DNA of 62,388 nt, the filler included, from Coriobacteriales bacterium (GTDB lineage: Bacteria > Actinomycetota > Coriobacteriia > Coriobacteriales > UBA8131), in NCBI GenBank assembly GCA_031263105.1. It is 5 parts of 5 records of this genome, joined end to end, with 100 filler letters (N's around TTAATTAATTAA, not from the genome) between each part and the next. Parts side by side here need not be neighbours in the genome. Positions count along the whole stretch, not along the records: positions 45,133 to 58,765 come from JAISGJ010000001.1; positions 58,866 to 62,388 come from JAISGJ010000098.1; 3 more parts are not named here. One strand, given 5' to 3'. Shown here piece by piece: positions 51,311 through 60,868 of the stretch. A program made the translations under genes and the position numbers. The notes beneath the pieces were generated by a model. That model ran no database searches. It was not told the DNA's origin and worked only from the letters and a program-made list of their open reading frames with translations. Position 1 is the first letter of the stretch, and the number at the start of each line of letters is the position of its first letter.

Positions 51311-52690
51311 TTGGGCCTGAGCTTCTGGCAGGCATGGTGGATGCTTGCCATGTGCACCCCCATCGTGCTCCCCTTCGGCATGGCCGAGAGCTTCTTCTTC
51401 GACCCCACGCTCATGGTGATGTCCGTCACCACGCTCGGCTACCTGGTCGTCGTCGGCCTGAGCAGGCGCTTCTCGCCCTTCCTCAAGAAGCGCGTCTTCT
51501 TCTGGCTCGCCGCGCTGTGCGGGTCGTTCGGCACCCTCTTTATGGCCCTGCTCGCCCAGGGCTACTTCGGCACCATGGTGGAGGTCCCTTATTTCTTCGC
51601 CTCCGTGGTGCTCTCCTTCGGCAACGCGCTGCTGCTCATCATGTGGGGCGAGCTGTGGAGCACGCTTGCGACGGGCAGGGTGGGGCGCTTCCTCACGGTC
51701 TCCTATGCCTTCGCCTTCGTGCTGTTCTTTGCGATAGACGCGCTCCCGCTCCTGGCCTCTTCGGTTTGTGCGGCGCTGCTGCCCTCGATCTCGGCCCTCA
51801 TACTCGCGAACGCCCGCCACGAGCCCCGTCGCAAGCCTGCGTCGGTGCGCTTCGACATGGAGCCCATATCCATCGGCAAGGTGTTCGCGGCCCTGGTGCT
51901 GGTGAGCATCGCCTACGGCATCTCGCAGCCCATCCTCCTCACGTCGGCGCCCTATCCCGAGATCGGGCTGCGCTCCTTCCTGCTGGCGGGCGTGGGCATC
52001 GGTGCGTTGGCGCTCAACCTGCTCGTCGCGCAGCCGCCGGTCGAGTCGCTCTCCCTGCACCGTCCCATCGTCCCGGCCCTGGCCTGCGGGCTGCTGTTGA
52101 TGGTCCTGCTCCCCACCGACCTCATCTTCGTGGGGGGCGGCCTCGTCATCATCGCCATCTACAGCCTCGACATGCTCGTGATGCTGGTCTCCTCCGACGT
52201 CGCCTTCCGTGCGCGCATCCCCGTCGCCCTCATCTTCGGCCTCGCCATATTCGCGGCGCGCCTGGGCACCCTGCTCGGGACCGTCGCCTACCGGGCGCTC
52301 TCGGGCTCCTTCCTCCTCACGCCCGAGCTGCCGCACCAGACGCTCCTCGTCTGTGTGGGCATAGCGGTGCTCGTGGGCACGCTCCTCTTCACCGGGGCGG
52401 ATCTCCGCAAGCTCTACCGCAGCGGCACGGCCACGGTCGTGAAAAACGAGTCGATAGCGAAGAAGTGCAGGAAGGCGGCCGAGATCTGCGACCTGACCTC
52501 CCGCGAGCTCGAGGTACTCACCCTGCTGGTCAACGGCAGGTCGGTGCCCTATATCTGCGAGGAGCTCTGCATCGCGCAGGGGACCGCAAAGCACCATGTG
52601 AGCAACATCTACCGCAAGATGGGCGTCGGCGACCGCCAGAGCCTCCTCGACGTCATCGGGCGCGGCAACCTCGGGCGCGGTGCGCTGTGA
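51311..52690 (+). CDS. Transmembrane LuxR-family transcriptional regulator (about 12 TMs + C-terminal HTH)
   Basis: Many TMs followed by LTSRELEVL...GRS...TAKHHVSNIYRKMG; true start may be further upstream (about 51254). Confidence 0.92.
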   Translation: MGLSFWQAWWMLAMCTPIVLPFGMAESFFFDPTLMVMSVTTLGYLVVVGLSRRFSPFLKKRVFFWLAALCGSFGTLFMALLAQGYFGTMVEVPYFFASVVLSFGNALLLIMWGELWSTLATGRVGRFLTVSYAFAFVLFFAIDALPLLASSVCAALLPSISALILANARHEPRRKPASVRFDMEPISIGKVFAALVLVSIAYGISQPILLTSAPYPEIGLRSFLLAGVGIGALALNLLVAQPPVESLSLHRPIVPALACGLLLMVLLPTDLIFVGGGLVIIAIYSLDMLVMLVSSDVAFRARIPVALIFGLAIFAARLGTLLGTVAYRALSGSFLLTPELPHQTLLVCVGIAVLVGTLLFTGADLRKLYRSGTATVVKNESIAKKCRKAAEICDLTSRELEVLTLLVNGRSVPYICEELCIAQGTAKHHVSNIYRKMGVGDRQSLLDVIGRGNLGRGAL

Positions 52691-53244
52691 GAGGGGAGAC
52701 GGCGGCGGCGGGCACGGACCCGGCGGTCGTGGAGGGCGGCATCCCCGACGCCCCGGCGCCCGCCTCGGCCTCGGCGGACGAGGCCTTCGAGCAGCTTGCG
52801 GCACTGTATGCCCGGCTTCCCGCCATGCAGGAGAAGGGGAGGGAACTGCGGGCCGCACGCGAGGCGCGGGCCCTGCGGGGGCTCAGGGCGCACCTCGACG
52901 CCCTTGAGCGCGAGTGGGAACGCCTCGATTCCGAGTGCAGGCGCCTCATGGCCGAGGAGCACGCGCTGAGGGAGGACGCCCGGCCCGACGACGGGGCCCT
53001 GGGGCTGGTACGGGCGCGGATACGCCATGTCGCCGAGACCGTCGCCTTGAGGCGCGCACCGCTCGCCCAGGCACGCGAGGCGCTCGCCGAAGCCCTTGCG
53101 CAGGGCAGCCTCTCCCTCGACGACCCCCTCGATGCGCTTGCCCTGCCCGACGGGGACTTCGATGCCTTGGAGCGGGACGTGACCGTCTATCAGGAGGCCT
53201 ACGCGCTCGCCTACGGGCAGTGCAAGGGCGTCGAGACACCCTGA
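52687..53244 (+). CDS. Helical hypothetical protein, paralog of 46184-46696
   Basis: GTGA overlap with the LuxR stop; AFEQL..L..RL..MQEK...AREARAL...YQEAYALAYGQCK. Confidence 0.75.
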   Translation: MRGETAAAGTDPAVVEGGIPDAPAPASASADEAFEQLAALYARLPAMQEKGRELRAAREARALRGLRAHLDALEREWERLDSECRRLMAEEHALREDARPDDGALGLVRARIRHVAETVALRRAPLAQAREALAEALAQGSLSLDDPLDALALPDGDFDALERDVTVYQEAYALAYGQCKGVETP

Positions 53245-53315
53245 ACGGCATGCGGCGGGACACTCCGTTTGGGAGCGTCCCGCCGCATGGGTCGGACAGG
53301 GAGTGAGGGCAGCGG

Positions 53316-55145
53316 CTACAGCTCGGCCAGATGCTCTCCCAAAAGGAAGCCGAAGGTCAGGCAGCGGCCATGCGAGTTGCCTTGGATGTTGATGGGGTAG
53401 TCGACGGCGTAGATGTCGCCCATCGTGTTGCCGCCCGCGTACAGCCCCTCGATCGGCTCGTCGTCCTCGGTGAGCACCTGGCAGTCGTCGTTGACGTGCA
53501 GGCCTCCCACGCAGCACAGCAGGCCGGTGCCCACTTTGGCCGCGATGAAGGGGCCCGCGTCGACCGGCGTGACGAAGACGGCCTCCTTGTAATAGTCCTC
53601 GTCCACGCCGCTGGCGGCAAAGCCGTTGTAGCGCTCGACCTCGGCCTTGAAGGCGTCTACGGGGACGCCGATCTTCTCCGCCAGCTCGTCGAGGGTGTCT
53701 GCGGTGACGAGGTTCGGGTCGCCGGCCTCAAGGCCGCCCTCCACCTGCTGGGCGATGGACTCGACCGCCTCCTCGTAGCTGGAGCCGAACATGCGGAAGG
53801 TGTCCCAGAACATGCCGCCGCCGACCGGCAGGCTCTCCAGCAGGTACTGCTTCCAGTTGCTGTCGAAGACCGACCAGGCGTAGTTCGGCTCGGTCTGCCC
53901 CTCGGCGCGGCGGGCCTGGGTGATGACGCCCACGCACTTGCCCTGCACCCAGGTCGCCTCGTTGAAGAAGCGCCTGCCCGTGGGGTCGACGAACATGAAG
54001 GGGCCGTGGAAGCCCGCGAGCGCCTGCGGGTGCATCATGGTGGGCCAGGGGCCGTCCATGAAGGCGCCGCCGGCCCAATGCCCCAGCTTGTGGCCGTCGC
54101 CGACGTTGCCGGGGGCGCCGTTGAGTTTCGAGTAGACCTTCTGGCCGATGGGACAGAAGTAGTCCATCATCTCGTCGTTGTAGCTGATGTCGCCCGTAGA
54201 GAGCACCACGCCCTTGCTCGCGTTGTACTGGACGTAGCCCTCGGCGGCCTCGCAGACGACGCCGGTCACCTTCGTGCCCGGGCCGTCGGGCTGGACGAGC
54301 CGCACGACGGGGGACTCGAAGACGAACTCGGCGTTGCCGGTCTTCTCCGCGAAGGCCTTGAAGCGGTACTCGGCGATGGTCGCCATGTTGATCTCGGGAT
54401 ACTTGCTCGGGGTCGCGTCGGGCCCGAAGCCGCCCCCCAGGTCCTCGGCGGGTATCTGGTCGCCGATGCTGCCGCCCATGAGCCAGTGGTAGGAGTGCTC
54501 CTCCTTGTGTATCTCCTGGTTCGAGGCGTTGGCGGTGATGAGGCAGATGGCGCCGTCGGCGAAGGACATGTCGATGAGCCAGTCCATGCTGCGCTCCGAC
54601 TCGCGGAACCACTTGGCCACGAAGGACTCGCGGGCGCGTCCGGCGCAGGTTTTGATCCAGCGGGCCTGGTTGAGGGGCTTGTCGATGTAGTAGCCCTGCG
54701 GCGCGTAGTTCTCCTCTAGCACCTTGGACCAGGCGCCGCCCGTCCCGCCGATGCCGTTCCCGTGCAGGACGGCGTCCTTCTCGAGGACCACCACCTTTGC
54801 GCCCAGTTCCGCCGCCCGCGCCGCTGTGGCGGTGCCCGCCATGCCGCCGCCGCAGACGACTATCTCAGTGTCGACGGTCCGCACGATCTCGGCGGCGTCG
54901 ATGGGCGCAGGTGCGTTGGCCCTGTCCCAGGAGTGCGCGCCCGCAGCGCTTGCGGTGTCGGTGGCAGCGCCTGTGTCTGCCCCGCCCGTCGCTGTGCCCG
55001 TTCCTCCCGAGGCGTCGCCGCCGCCTGCGGGTGCCGCAGGGGCGCACGACGGCAGGATCCCCAGGGCAGCGACCGCCGCCGCCCCGATCCCCGCTCCCTT
55101 GAGCAGGTCGCGCCGAGAGATGCCCGTTTGCATGCCTTGTTCCAT
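53316..55145 (-). CDS. Tat-exported FAD-binding lipoprotein reductase
   Basis: SRRDLLKG, LPSC, CGGGMAG, TMMHPQ, EATWVQGK and GNSHGRC motifs; close paralog of 46844-48805. Confidence 0.92.
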   Translation of the reverse strand: MEQGMQTGISRRDLLKGAGIGAAAVAALGILPSCAPAAPAGGGDASGGTGTATGGADTGAATDTASAAGAHSWDRANAPAPIDAAEIVRTVDTEIVVCGGGMAGTATAARAAELGAKVVVLEKDAVLHGNGIGGTGGAWSKVLEENYAPQGYYIDKPLNQARWIKTCAGRARESFVAKWFRESERSMDWLIDMSFADGAICLITANASNQEIHKEEHSYHWLMGGSIGDQIPAEDLGGGFGPDATPSKYPEINMATIAEYRFKAFAEKTGNAEFVFESPVVRLVQPDGPGTKVTGVVCEAAEGYVQYNASKGVVLSTGDISYNDEMMDYFCPIGQKVYSKLNGAPGNVGDGHKLGHWAGGAFMDGPWPTMMHPQALAGFHGPFMFVDPTGRRFFNEATWVQGKCVGVITQARRAEGQTEPNYAWSVFDSNWKQYLLESLPVGGGMFWDTFRMFGSSYEEAVESIAQQVEGGLEAGDPNLVTADTLDELAEKIGVPVDAFKAEVERYNGFAASGVDEDYYKEAVFVTPVDAGPFIAAKVGTGLLCCVGGLHVNDDCQVLTEDDEPIEGLYAGGNTMGDIYAVDYPINIQGNSHGRCLTFGFLLGEHLAEL

Positions 55146-55355
55146 GATTCGTCCTCCTCGTTCCCTTTCACGTCGGCCCGAAGGCCCCATGGCCCCGCTA
55201 TCCTGACAGGGCACCGCATCTAACCGTATCACGGGGCATCAGGCGGAACACGGGCTTATGTGTACCATACGGGCCGTTGTCGGCAAAATGAGACGAATCG
55301 TATCAGAGGCATTCAAGGGAATCGAACGCTTCTCGGCACTGCCTTGGGGCTTGGG

Positions 55356-56015
55356 TCAGTGCGGCGTGTCGGACGGCTCGCTCTCCAGCAGGTCCTCCAT
55401 GTCGCAGCCCAGCACGCGGGCGACCTTGGCAAGCGAGATGGCGCTGGCCTTGTTGACGTCCTTGTTGCGCTGCTCGTACATCTGGACAGACCGCAGCGAC
55501 ACGCCTGACTCCTCGGCAAGCCGTGCCTGCGAAAGCCCCGCCGCCTCGCGCAGCCGCTTGAGGTTGGTCTGCGGGTTCGCCTGCCTGTAGCGTTCCTCTG
55601 CGACAGCGTAGAACTTGGTGACATCGGCCTCGTGCAGGGGGTGGTAGAGCGAAACGACCTCCTCCCAAGGGAGCGCACGGAGTATCGACTGAAAGCTCCT
55701 TGCCGAGTGCCACTGATAGTGCGCCAACGCCCAACCGGCCCAGAACTCCGGTGTGCGGAACCCCACCATATCGGTGGGCGGCGCGGTCGGCGCTTCGCCC
55801 GTCGCCGAGCGTATGGCGCAGCCGGCGAGCTCAAGCCCGCTCATGCCCGCGACCACCTTCGGGTTTCCGTGCTCGAAGTCATCGGCAAGTCCGGACGAGA
55901 TGAACATCTGTAGAAACACTGCGCCGTCCAAGCCGCAGGCGCCTGTGGCATACTCCATCATGTTGCCGAACGCCTCGGCGCTTCTACGCACGTAGGATTT
56001 CCTGTAGGCGTTCAT
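55356..56015 (-). CDS. XRE-family HTH regulator with N-terminal extension
   Basis: NLKRLREAAGLSQARLAEESGVSLRSVQMYEQ. Confidence 0.88.
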   Translation of the reverse strand: MNAYRKSYVRRSAEAFGNMMEYATGACGLDGAVFLQMFISSGLADDFEHGNPKVVAGMSGLELAGCAIRSATGEAPTAPPTDMVGFRTPEFWAGWALAHYQWHSARSFQSILRALPWEEVVSLYHPLHEADVTKFYAVAEERYRQANPQTNLKRLREAAGLSQARLAEESGVSLRSVQMYEQRNKDVNKASAISLAKVARVLGCDMEDLLESEPSDTPH

Positions 56016-56685
56016 CGCCGTGCCTCATCTCCTCGTCGATGATGGTTGCCAGGTACACATCGCCCCCGCCGCGACCGGCCTTCCTCTCGCGGCGCAGGTA
56101 CTGCTCTCGGGCCTCGCTGTCGCGTTTCAGGCGCAACTGATGATACACCTCGCCGTCCGCCGGGATGCTCTCAACGAAGCGGATGAGGCCGAACGCCTTC
56201 TGGCTCTTCAGCACGAACTGCTCGCCGAGCGAGCCGAAGTGCATGGCGCGGTTCAGCTGCCTGAGCGAGATGGTGTTGTTCAGGAAGTCCTGCGCGAAGG
56301 CGAAGTACGAATCGTCGGCGCGATAGCCGATGATGGCGTCATATGCGTCTGTGTCGGGCAGAAAGAACTCCGTGAGGTACTCCTTCGCGTCGGCGGCGAT
56401 GGGGCTGGTGATGTCGAACTCCCGGTTGTTGACGAGAACCGCCAGCCAGTCGAGGATGCCGTATTCCGGCTCGTTCAGGCACATGATGGCAAGCCCGGCC
56501 GTGTCGATCGTGTAGACGTTGGCAAAGCCGCCGAGCTTGCTGCCGCAGGCCCATTCCTTGGCAAGCCCCAGGTCCTTCGTGCAGTAAAATCCGTAGCCGT
56601 AGTCGTTGCTGCGGCTTCCTTTGCCGAACTGCGGCTTCTTGATGATGGCCGTCGAGCCGTGGTAGAGCGTTTGGATCGAATCCAC
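55984..56685 (-). CDS. DUF3990 family protein (ADP-ribosyltransferase-like fold)
   Basis: LYHGS, DYGYGFYCT, AKEWA, IIGYRADD and GEQ motifs. Confidence 0.85.
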   Translation of the reverse strand: MDSIQTLYHGSTAIIKKPQFGKGSRSNDYGYGFYCTKDLGLAKEWACGSKLGGFANVYTIDTAGLAIMCLNEPEYGILDWLAVLVNNREFDITSPIAADAKEYLTEFFLPDTDAYDAIIGYRADDSYFAFAQDFLNNTISLRQLNRAMHFGSLGEQFVLKSQKAFGLIRFVESIPADGEVYHQLRLKRDSEAREQYLRRERKAGRGGGDVYLATIIDEEMRHGDERLQEILRA

Positions 56686-56709
56686 TGTGTGACCCTCCGT
56701 TTCACCAAG

Positions 56710-56738
56710 AGTATATCACCACAGTGATAGTCTGTCAA
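56710..56738 (-). promoter_or_regulatory. Near-consensus sigma70 promoter with embedded palindromic operator
   Basis: TTGACA-17 nt-TATACT; TATCAC-N4-GTGATA at 56714-56729. Confidence 0.85.
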
Positions 56739-56750
56739 GAGCAGAGTGCG

Positions 56751-56966
56751 TTATCCATCAGAAACAGCCGCATCGCGCAGCTCTGTCCTGTCATAGAAAT
56801 CCAATAAGTCCAGAGGTGCCCATGTCGAGAACGTCGTGTCTGGGTCTTGGATCATTTTGAGCAATTCGGAACGGTAGATGCTGTCCAACGCCTCGTCGTA
56901 ACTCATATGATGCCTGTTGACGAAATCATGCGCCAGCAGCCTGATCAGCGGTGTAAGCCTTCTCAT
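56751..56966 (-). CDS. Small helical protein of the type found next to DUF3990 genes
   Basis: MSYDEALDSIYRSELLKMIQDPDT; ATGA overlap with the upstream gene. Confidence 0.65.
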   Translation of the reverse strand: MRRLTPLIRLLAHDFVNRHHMSYDEALDSIYRSELLKMIQDPDTTFSTWAPLDLLDFYDRTELRDAAVSDG

Positions 56967-57127
56967 TGCGGCACCTCGTAGCTTTTCAAGAATCTTCTTT
57001 TGGCCCAGCCCTCGGCCTGAGCAGGCATTGTCGTAGTGTAGAAGCCAAGACCGAAGTCCAGTTTCTTCCTGCCGACGGATACGTCCGGATCTTGGATCTC
57101 GACAGCGCTACCGTGATAAAGAAGCAA
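56963..57127 (-). pseudogene. Internally deleted DUF3990 gene
   Basis: LYHGS...DFGLGFYTT...AEGWAKRR fused directly to a terminal FLKSYEV; only about 54 aa. Confidence 0.7.
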
Positions 57128-57338
57128 GGCAGACCCCGTTTCGCACAAACCACCTCTCGGCGTCCTCCAAGAGATACTCGACACCGAGAGTGTGGCTCAC
57201 GTCATAGGTATCCGAGAAGAAGGCCCAGAGTCCGGAGTCCTGCATGGCGACATAGGCAGCGGATTGGTTGCCCTCGAAAAATCGGTTGGCAACCTGCTCC
57301 ACAATAAAAACCATGAACTCTGCCACTTCTCTGCTCAT
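57108..57338 (-). CDS. DUF3791-like protein
   Basis: EFMVFIVE...YDVSHTLGVEYLLED; TTCACT-17 nt-TAGGAT lies 6 nt before the ATG (leaderless). Confidence 0.75.
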   Translation of the reverse strand: MSREVAEFMVFIVEQVANRFFEGNQSAAYVAMQDSGLWAFFSDTYDVSHTLGVEYLLEDAERWFVRNGVCLASLSR

Positions 57339-57412
57339 GCAGGAATCCTAACATATCTTGAGCGGGCAGTGAACGGCTCGCGTCACTTCGGGGTTTGAAA
57401 ACGTAAGGTCCT

Positions 57413-57568
57413 GTTACTGAGGTCACACCCCCACTGTCATTCCGAGCCTGCCGAGGAATCTTTGGGTCGGGGGGTCCTTCGACCTGCGGTCGACCGCGGG
57501 CGCGGTCGAGGATTCCTCGGCAGGCTCGGAATGACAGTGGGGTGTCCGTGGAGGGTGTGACCAGTAAC
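57413..57568. repeat. REPIN/MITE-like element
   Basis: CACTGTCATTCCGAGCCTGCCGAGGAATC...GATTCCTCGGCAGGCTCGGAATGACAGTG; right flank identical to that of the 9913 copy. Confidence 0.9.
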
Positions 57569-57588
57569 AAGGTCCTTGCGGCGCGATC

Positions 57589-58390
57589 TCAGTGCTCCGT
57601 TTCGTCCGAAAGCGGCAGAAAATACAAGGCCAACAGGAAGAGACAGACTCCGAGCGACACGACGCAGAGCGAGAGCGCTGCCTCATAGCCCGTAGGCCAG
57701 TAGACCAAGGTTCCTGCGGCACTCGCAAGCCCCGGACTTCCCAAAGACCCGGCGGCGGCATCTCCTACGGGAAGGCCCACCGGCGCAGCGGCGTAGGTGA
57801 GGTTGGGGATCTGGAAGCCGCCCTCGATGAGCTGGACGCGCTTCATGAGCACGCCCAGCACGGCAAGGACGGCGGCGACCATGACGGCCGGTCTGAGCGC
57901 ACGAAGGGACGGCGCGAACATGAGCACCAAGGCAACGAGTCCGCCGACGACCTCGGTCCAGAAGAAGGGGGCCAAAGGGCCTGCAAGCATCTGTGCGCCC
58001 AACTCGAATTCCGTGCCGGCCCCCGTATAGCCGCCCGTGAGCAGATCACAGAAGAACAGGAAGAGGTCGACGGCCACAAAGACCCCCAACAGCTTCCCCA
58101 TCTTCCCCAAATCGCCCTCGCTCACGCTCAGGTGCCCTGTCTTTCTGAGAACCAGGACGAGGATCAAGACGAGTCCCAGACCCGACACGAGCGCAGATGA
58201 GACGAACCACGGCGCCATGAGGGCGGTGTTCCAAAAGGGCCGAGCGATGTTGAGCGAAAAGATCCAAGCGGTGACGGAATGCACCAGGATGGCGACGACG
58301 AACGCGAGGAGCGAGACGAGCTTCAGGGCAGAATCCGAGGCCTTGCCCTTGCCTTGAGAGAGAAGCATCCGCAGATACACTATCGAAGAG
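57589..58390 (-). pseudogene. 5'-truncated NrfD/PsrC-family membrane anchor subunit
   Basis: HSVTAWIF...RPFWNT..MAPWFVSSALVSG and PFFW motifs; the N-terminal half and partner genes are missing; upstream ORF text is not membrane-like. Confidence 0.7.
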
Positions 58391-58633
58391 TGAGAGCGAA
58401 GCAGGAGAAGGCCGAGTGCCTCAAATGCGCGATCTGAGCAGACTGCCACAAAGGGGCATCGCCCTGCAATGCACCGGGTGCGGATTCGTTCATGGGCAGT
58501 CCGTGTCTCCCGTGTCCGTCCAAGCGGAGTTTCGCGGCGCATGGCCTCATTGATGAGGCCATGCGACAAACAGCAAGCATAGCACTGTTTGCCCCTGCTG
58601 AGGGCGACAGAGGCACGGGACTGGTTACTACTG

Positions 58634-58765
58634 GTTACTGTTCACACCCCCACTGTCATTCCGAGCGCAGCGAAGCGGAGTCGAGGAATCTTTGGTCGCG
58701 AAGCGACCAACAGTAGGTCGGAGGGGGCCTTCGACCTACGGTCGACCGCTTCGCGGTCGAAGATT
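58634..58765. repeat. REPIN/MITE-like element truncated by the contig end
   Basis: GTTACTGTTCACACCCCCACTGTCATTCCGAGC... Confidence 0.88.
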
Positions 58766-58865
58766 NNNNNNNNNNNNNNNNNNNNNNNNNNNNNNNNNNN
58801 NNNNNNNNNTTAATTAATTAANNNNNNNNNNNNNNNNNNNNNNNNNNNNNNNNNNNNNNNNNNNN
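58766..58865. other. Artificial contig spacer
   Basis: N44-TTAATTAATTAA-N44. Confidence 0.99.
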
Positions 58866-60867
58866 GTTGAACACCCAACACCGCCGCCGATGAACCGTCA
58901 CCCGCCTGTTCGATCAGGCAGGCGACGCAGTATTTGGGATCGGAAGCCGGGGCATAGGCGACAAACCAGGAGAAGTCGGCCTTCCCAAAAACCTCCGCGG
59001 TTCCCGATTTGCCAGCCGCCTGGACAGGAAGTTGGTTGAATTTTCCACCCGTCCGGGTTATCACGCGCCGCAGGCCGTCCTCGACACGGGCCACATACCC
59101 GCCATTGATGCTCGGTTGGATATCGCTATCTTTCGGCGTACTTTTCACAACCGCCTCGCCCTCGTTGTTGAGGGCCTGATGGAAGAAATGGGGCTTGAGC
59201 ATCTTCTTGCGGGCGATGCCCGCGTAGCCATTCGCTATCTGGAGCGGCGTGACGAGCAGGTCGCCCTGGCCGATGCACATGCTCGTCATGTCACCGGGCT
59301 GCCACTGCGCAAGCTCAGGGACATCGGAGAATGTGCTGATCTTCCACGCCGCGTCAGGGACCCGGCCCTCCGCCTCGCCCGGAATGTCGACGCCCGTCAC
59401 CGAGCCAAAGCCCCAGGTTCTGAGGTAGTCCTGGAGGTCGTTGGTCTTGTCGGCGCCGTTCGCTTCCTCCCAGCGCTCATGGAAACGCGCCCCGACGCTG
59501 TAAAAGAAGATGTCGCAGGACTGGTTGATCGCCTCCTCGAGACCGAGCCAGCCGTGGCCGTTGGGGAATATCCAGCACTTCTGCGTATACTGTTCGCCAT
59601 ATGCATCGAAGGATCCCGTGCAGTTAAAGCTCGTATTGCCCGCGACAACACCGTGCTCAAGCCCGGCGAGGGCCGTGAAGGCCTTGAAGGTGGACGCGGC
59701 GGGGTACAGACCGGCTATGGCCCGGTTGGTCAACGGATAGCCGGACTCCTTGCGGGTCAAATTCTGCCACAGTTCCTCGGAGATGCCGTTCGCCAGGTCC
59801 TCGGGATTGAAGGTGGGATAGCTCGCGGAAGCGAGGATGCCACCGTCCTCAATGTCGAGACAGACGAGCGCGCCCGCGTCCGCATAAGGAAAGCCCTTCA
59901 GATGGGAGGAGACGAGCACATCCGCGAGGATCTGCTCTGCCGCCTGCTGGAGCCTGAGGTCGATGGTCAGGCAGACGTCTGAGCCGTTCTGCGGCGGCGA
60001 TTCGCTGAGCAGGGCTATCGGATTGCCCATACTGTCGACGCGGTAGGTGCGGGTCCCCCGCGTCCCCTGCAACACGTTCTCAAAGGCATACTCCGCCCCG
60101 CTCTTGCCGATGCGGTCGTCGCCCTCGTAATCGACTATCTGGTTGGGAAGCTGCAGATCGACCTGCGTGACCGTGCCGATGTAGCCTAAGACATGGGCAG
60201 CAAGGCTGCCATGCGGGTAGGTCCGCGCCGTTCGCTCGGTCACCTCCACACCCGAGAAGAGCTGCTGATGCTCCTTGATAAACGACACGACGCTCATCGG
60301 CACGTCCGTCGCCAGGACACGGTCGGCCTGCGCCCCCAGGTTATCGTTGAGCAGTCGGTAGCGCACGACGCCCTTGGGGATGCCGAGGACCAGCGAGAGC
60401 AGATGCACCTGCACCGGGTTTTCTACAACCCGCTTGGGTGCCATCACGCACAGCGACGGACGGTTGCCCACAAGCTCTGCGCCGTTGCGGTCGAGGATGC
60501 GGCCCCTGGTCGCGGGCAGGGATGCCTCCGAAGTCATGTTCTCCTCGGCCATCCTCTGATAGGTGCCGCTGGAAATCATCTGGAGGGACCACAATCGCAT
60601 GGCAAGCGTCCCAAAGATGCCGGTTATGACGAGACCAAAGGCATACAGGCGGCCACGCCCCGCCTTGCGGTCGTTGCGCTCGTGCACGTCGGGCTTGCGC
60701 ACGTCTTTGATACCGACGCCCTCGGGCACCACATGGCGGCCAAAGCGCTCTCGCACAAAGAGCCCCTTACGCCGCCGTGCGCGGACGGCAAATACGATGA
60801 CCAACGTCAGGAATACGACGATGAATACCACGACCACCACAATGGCTATGAGCGTTGTAACATTCAT
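58866..60867 (-). CDS. mrdA: Penicillin-binding protein 2 (3' end cut by the gap)
   Basis: RGRILDRNG, STFK, SCD and KSGT motifs; follows mreCD. Confidence 0.93.
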
Positions 60868-60868
60868 C

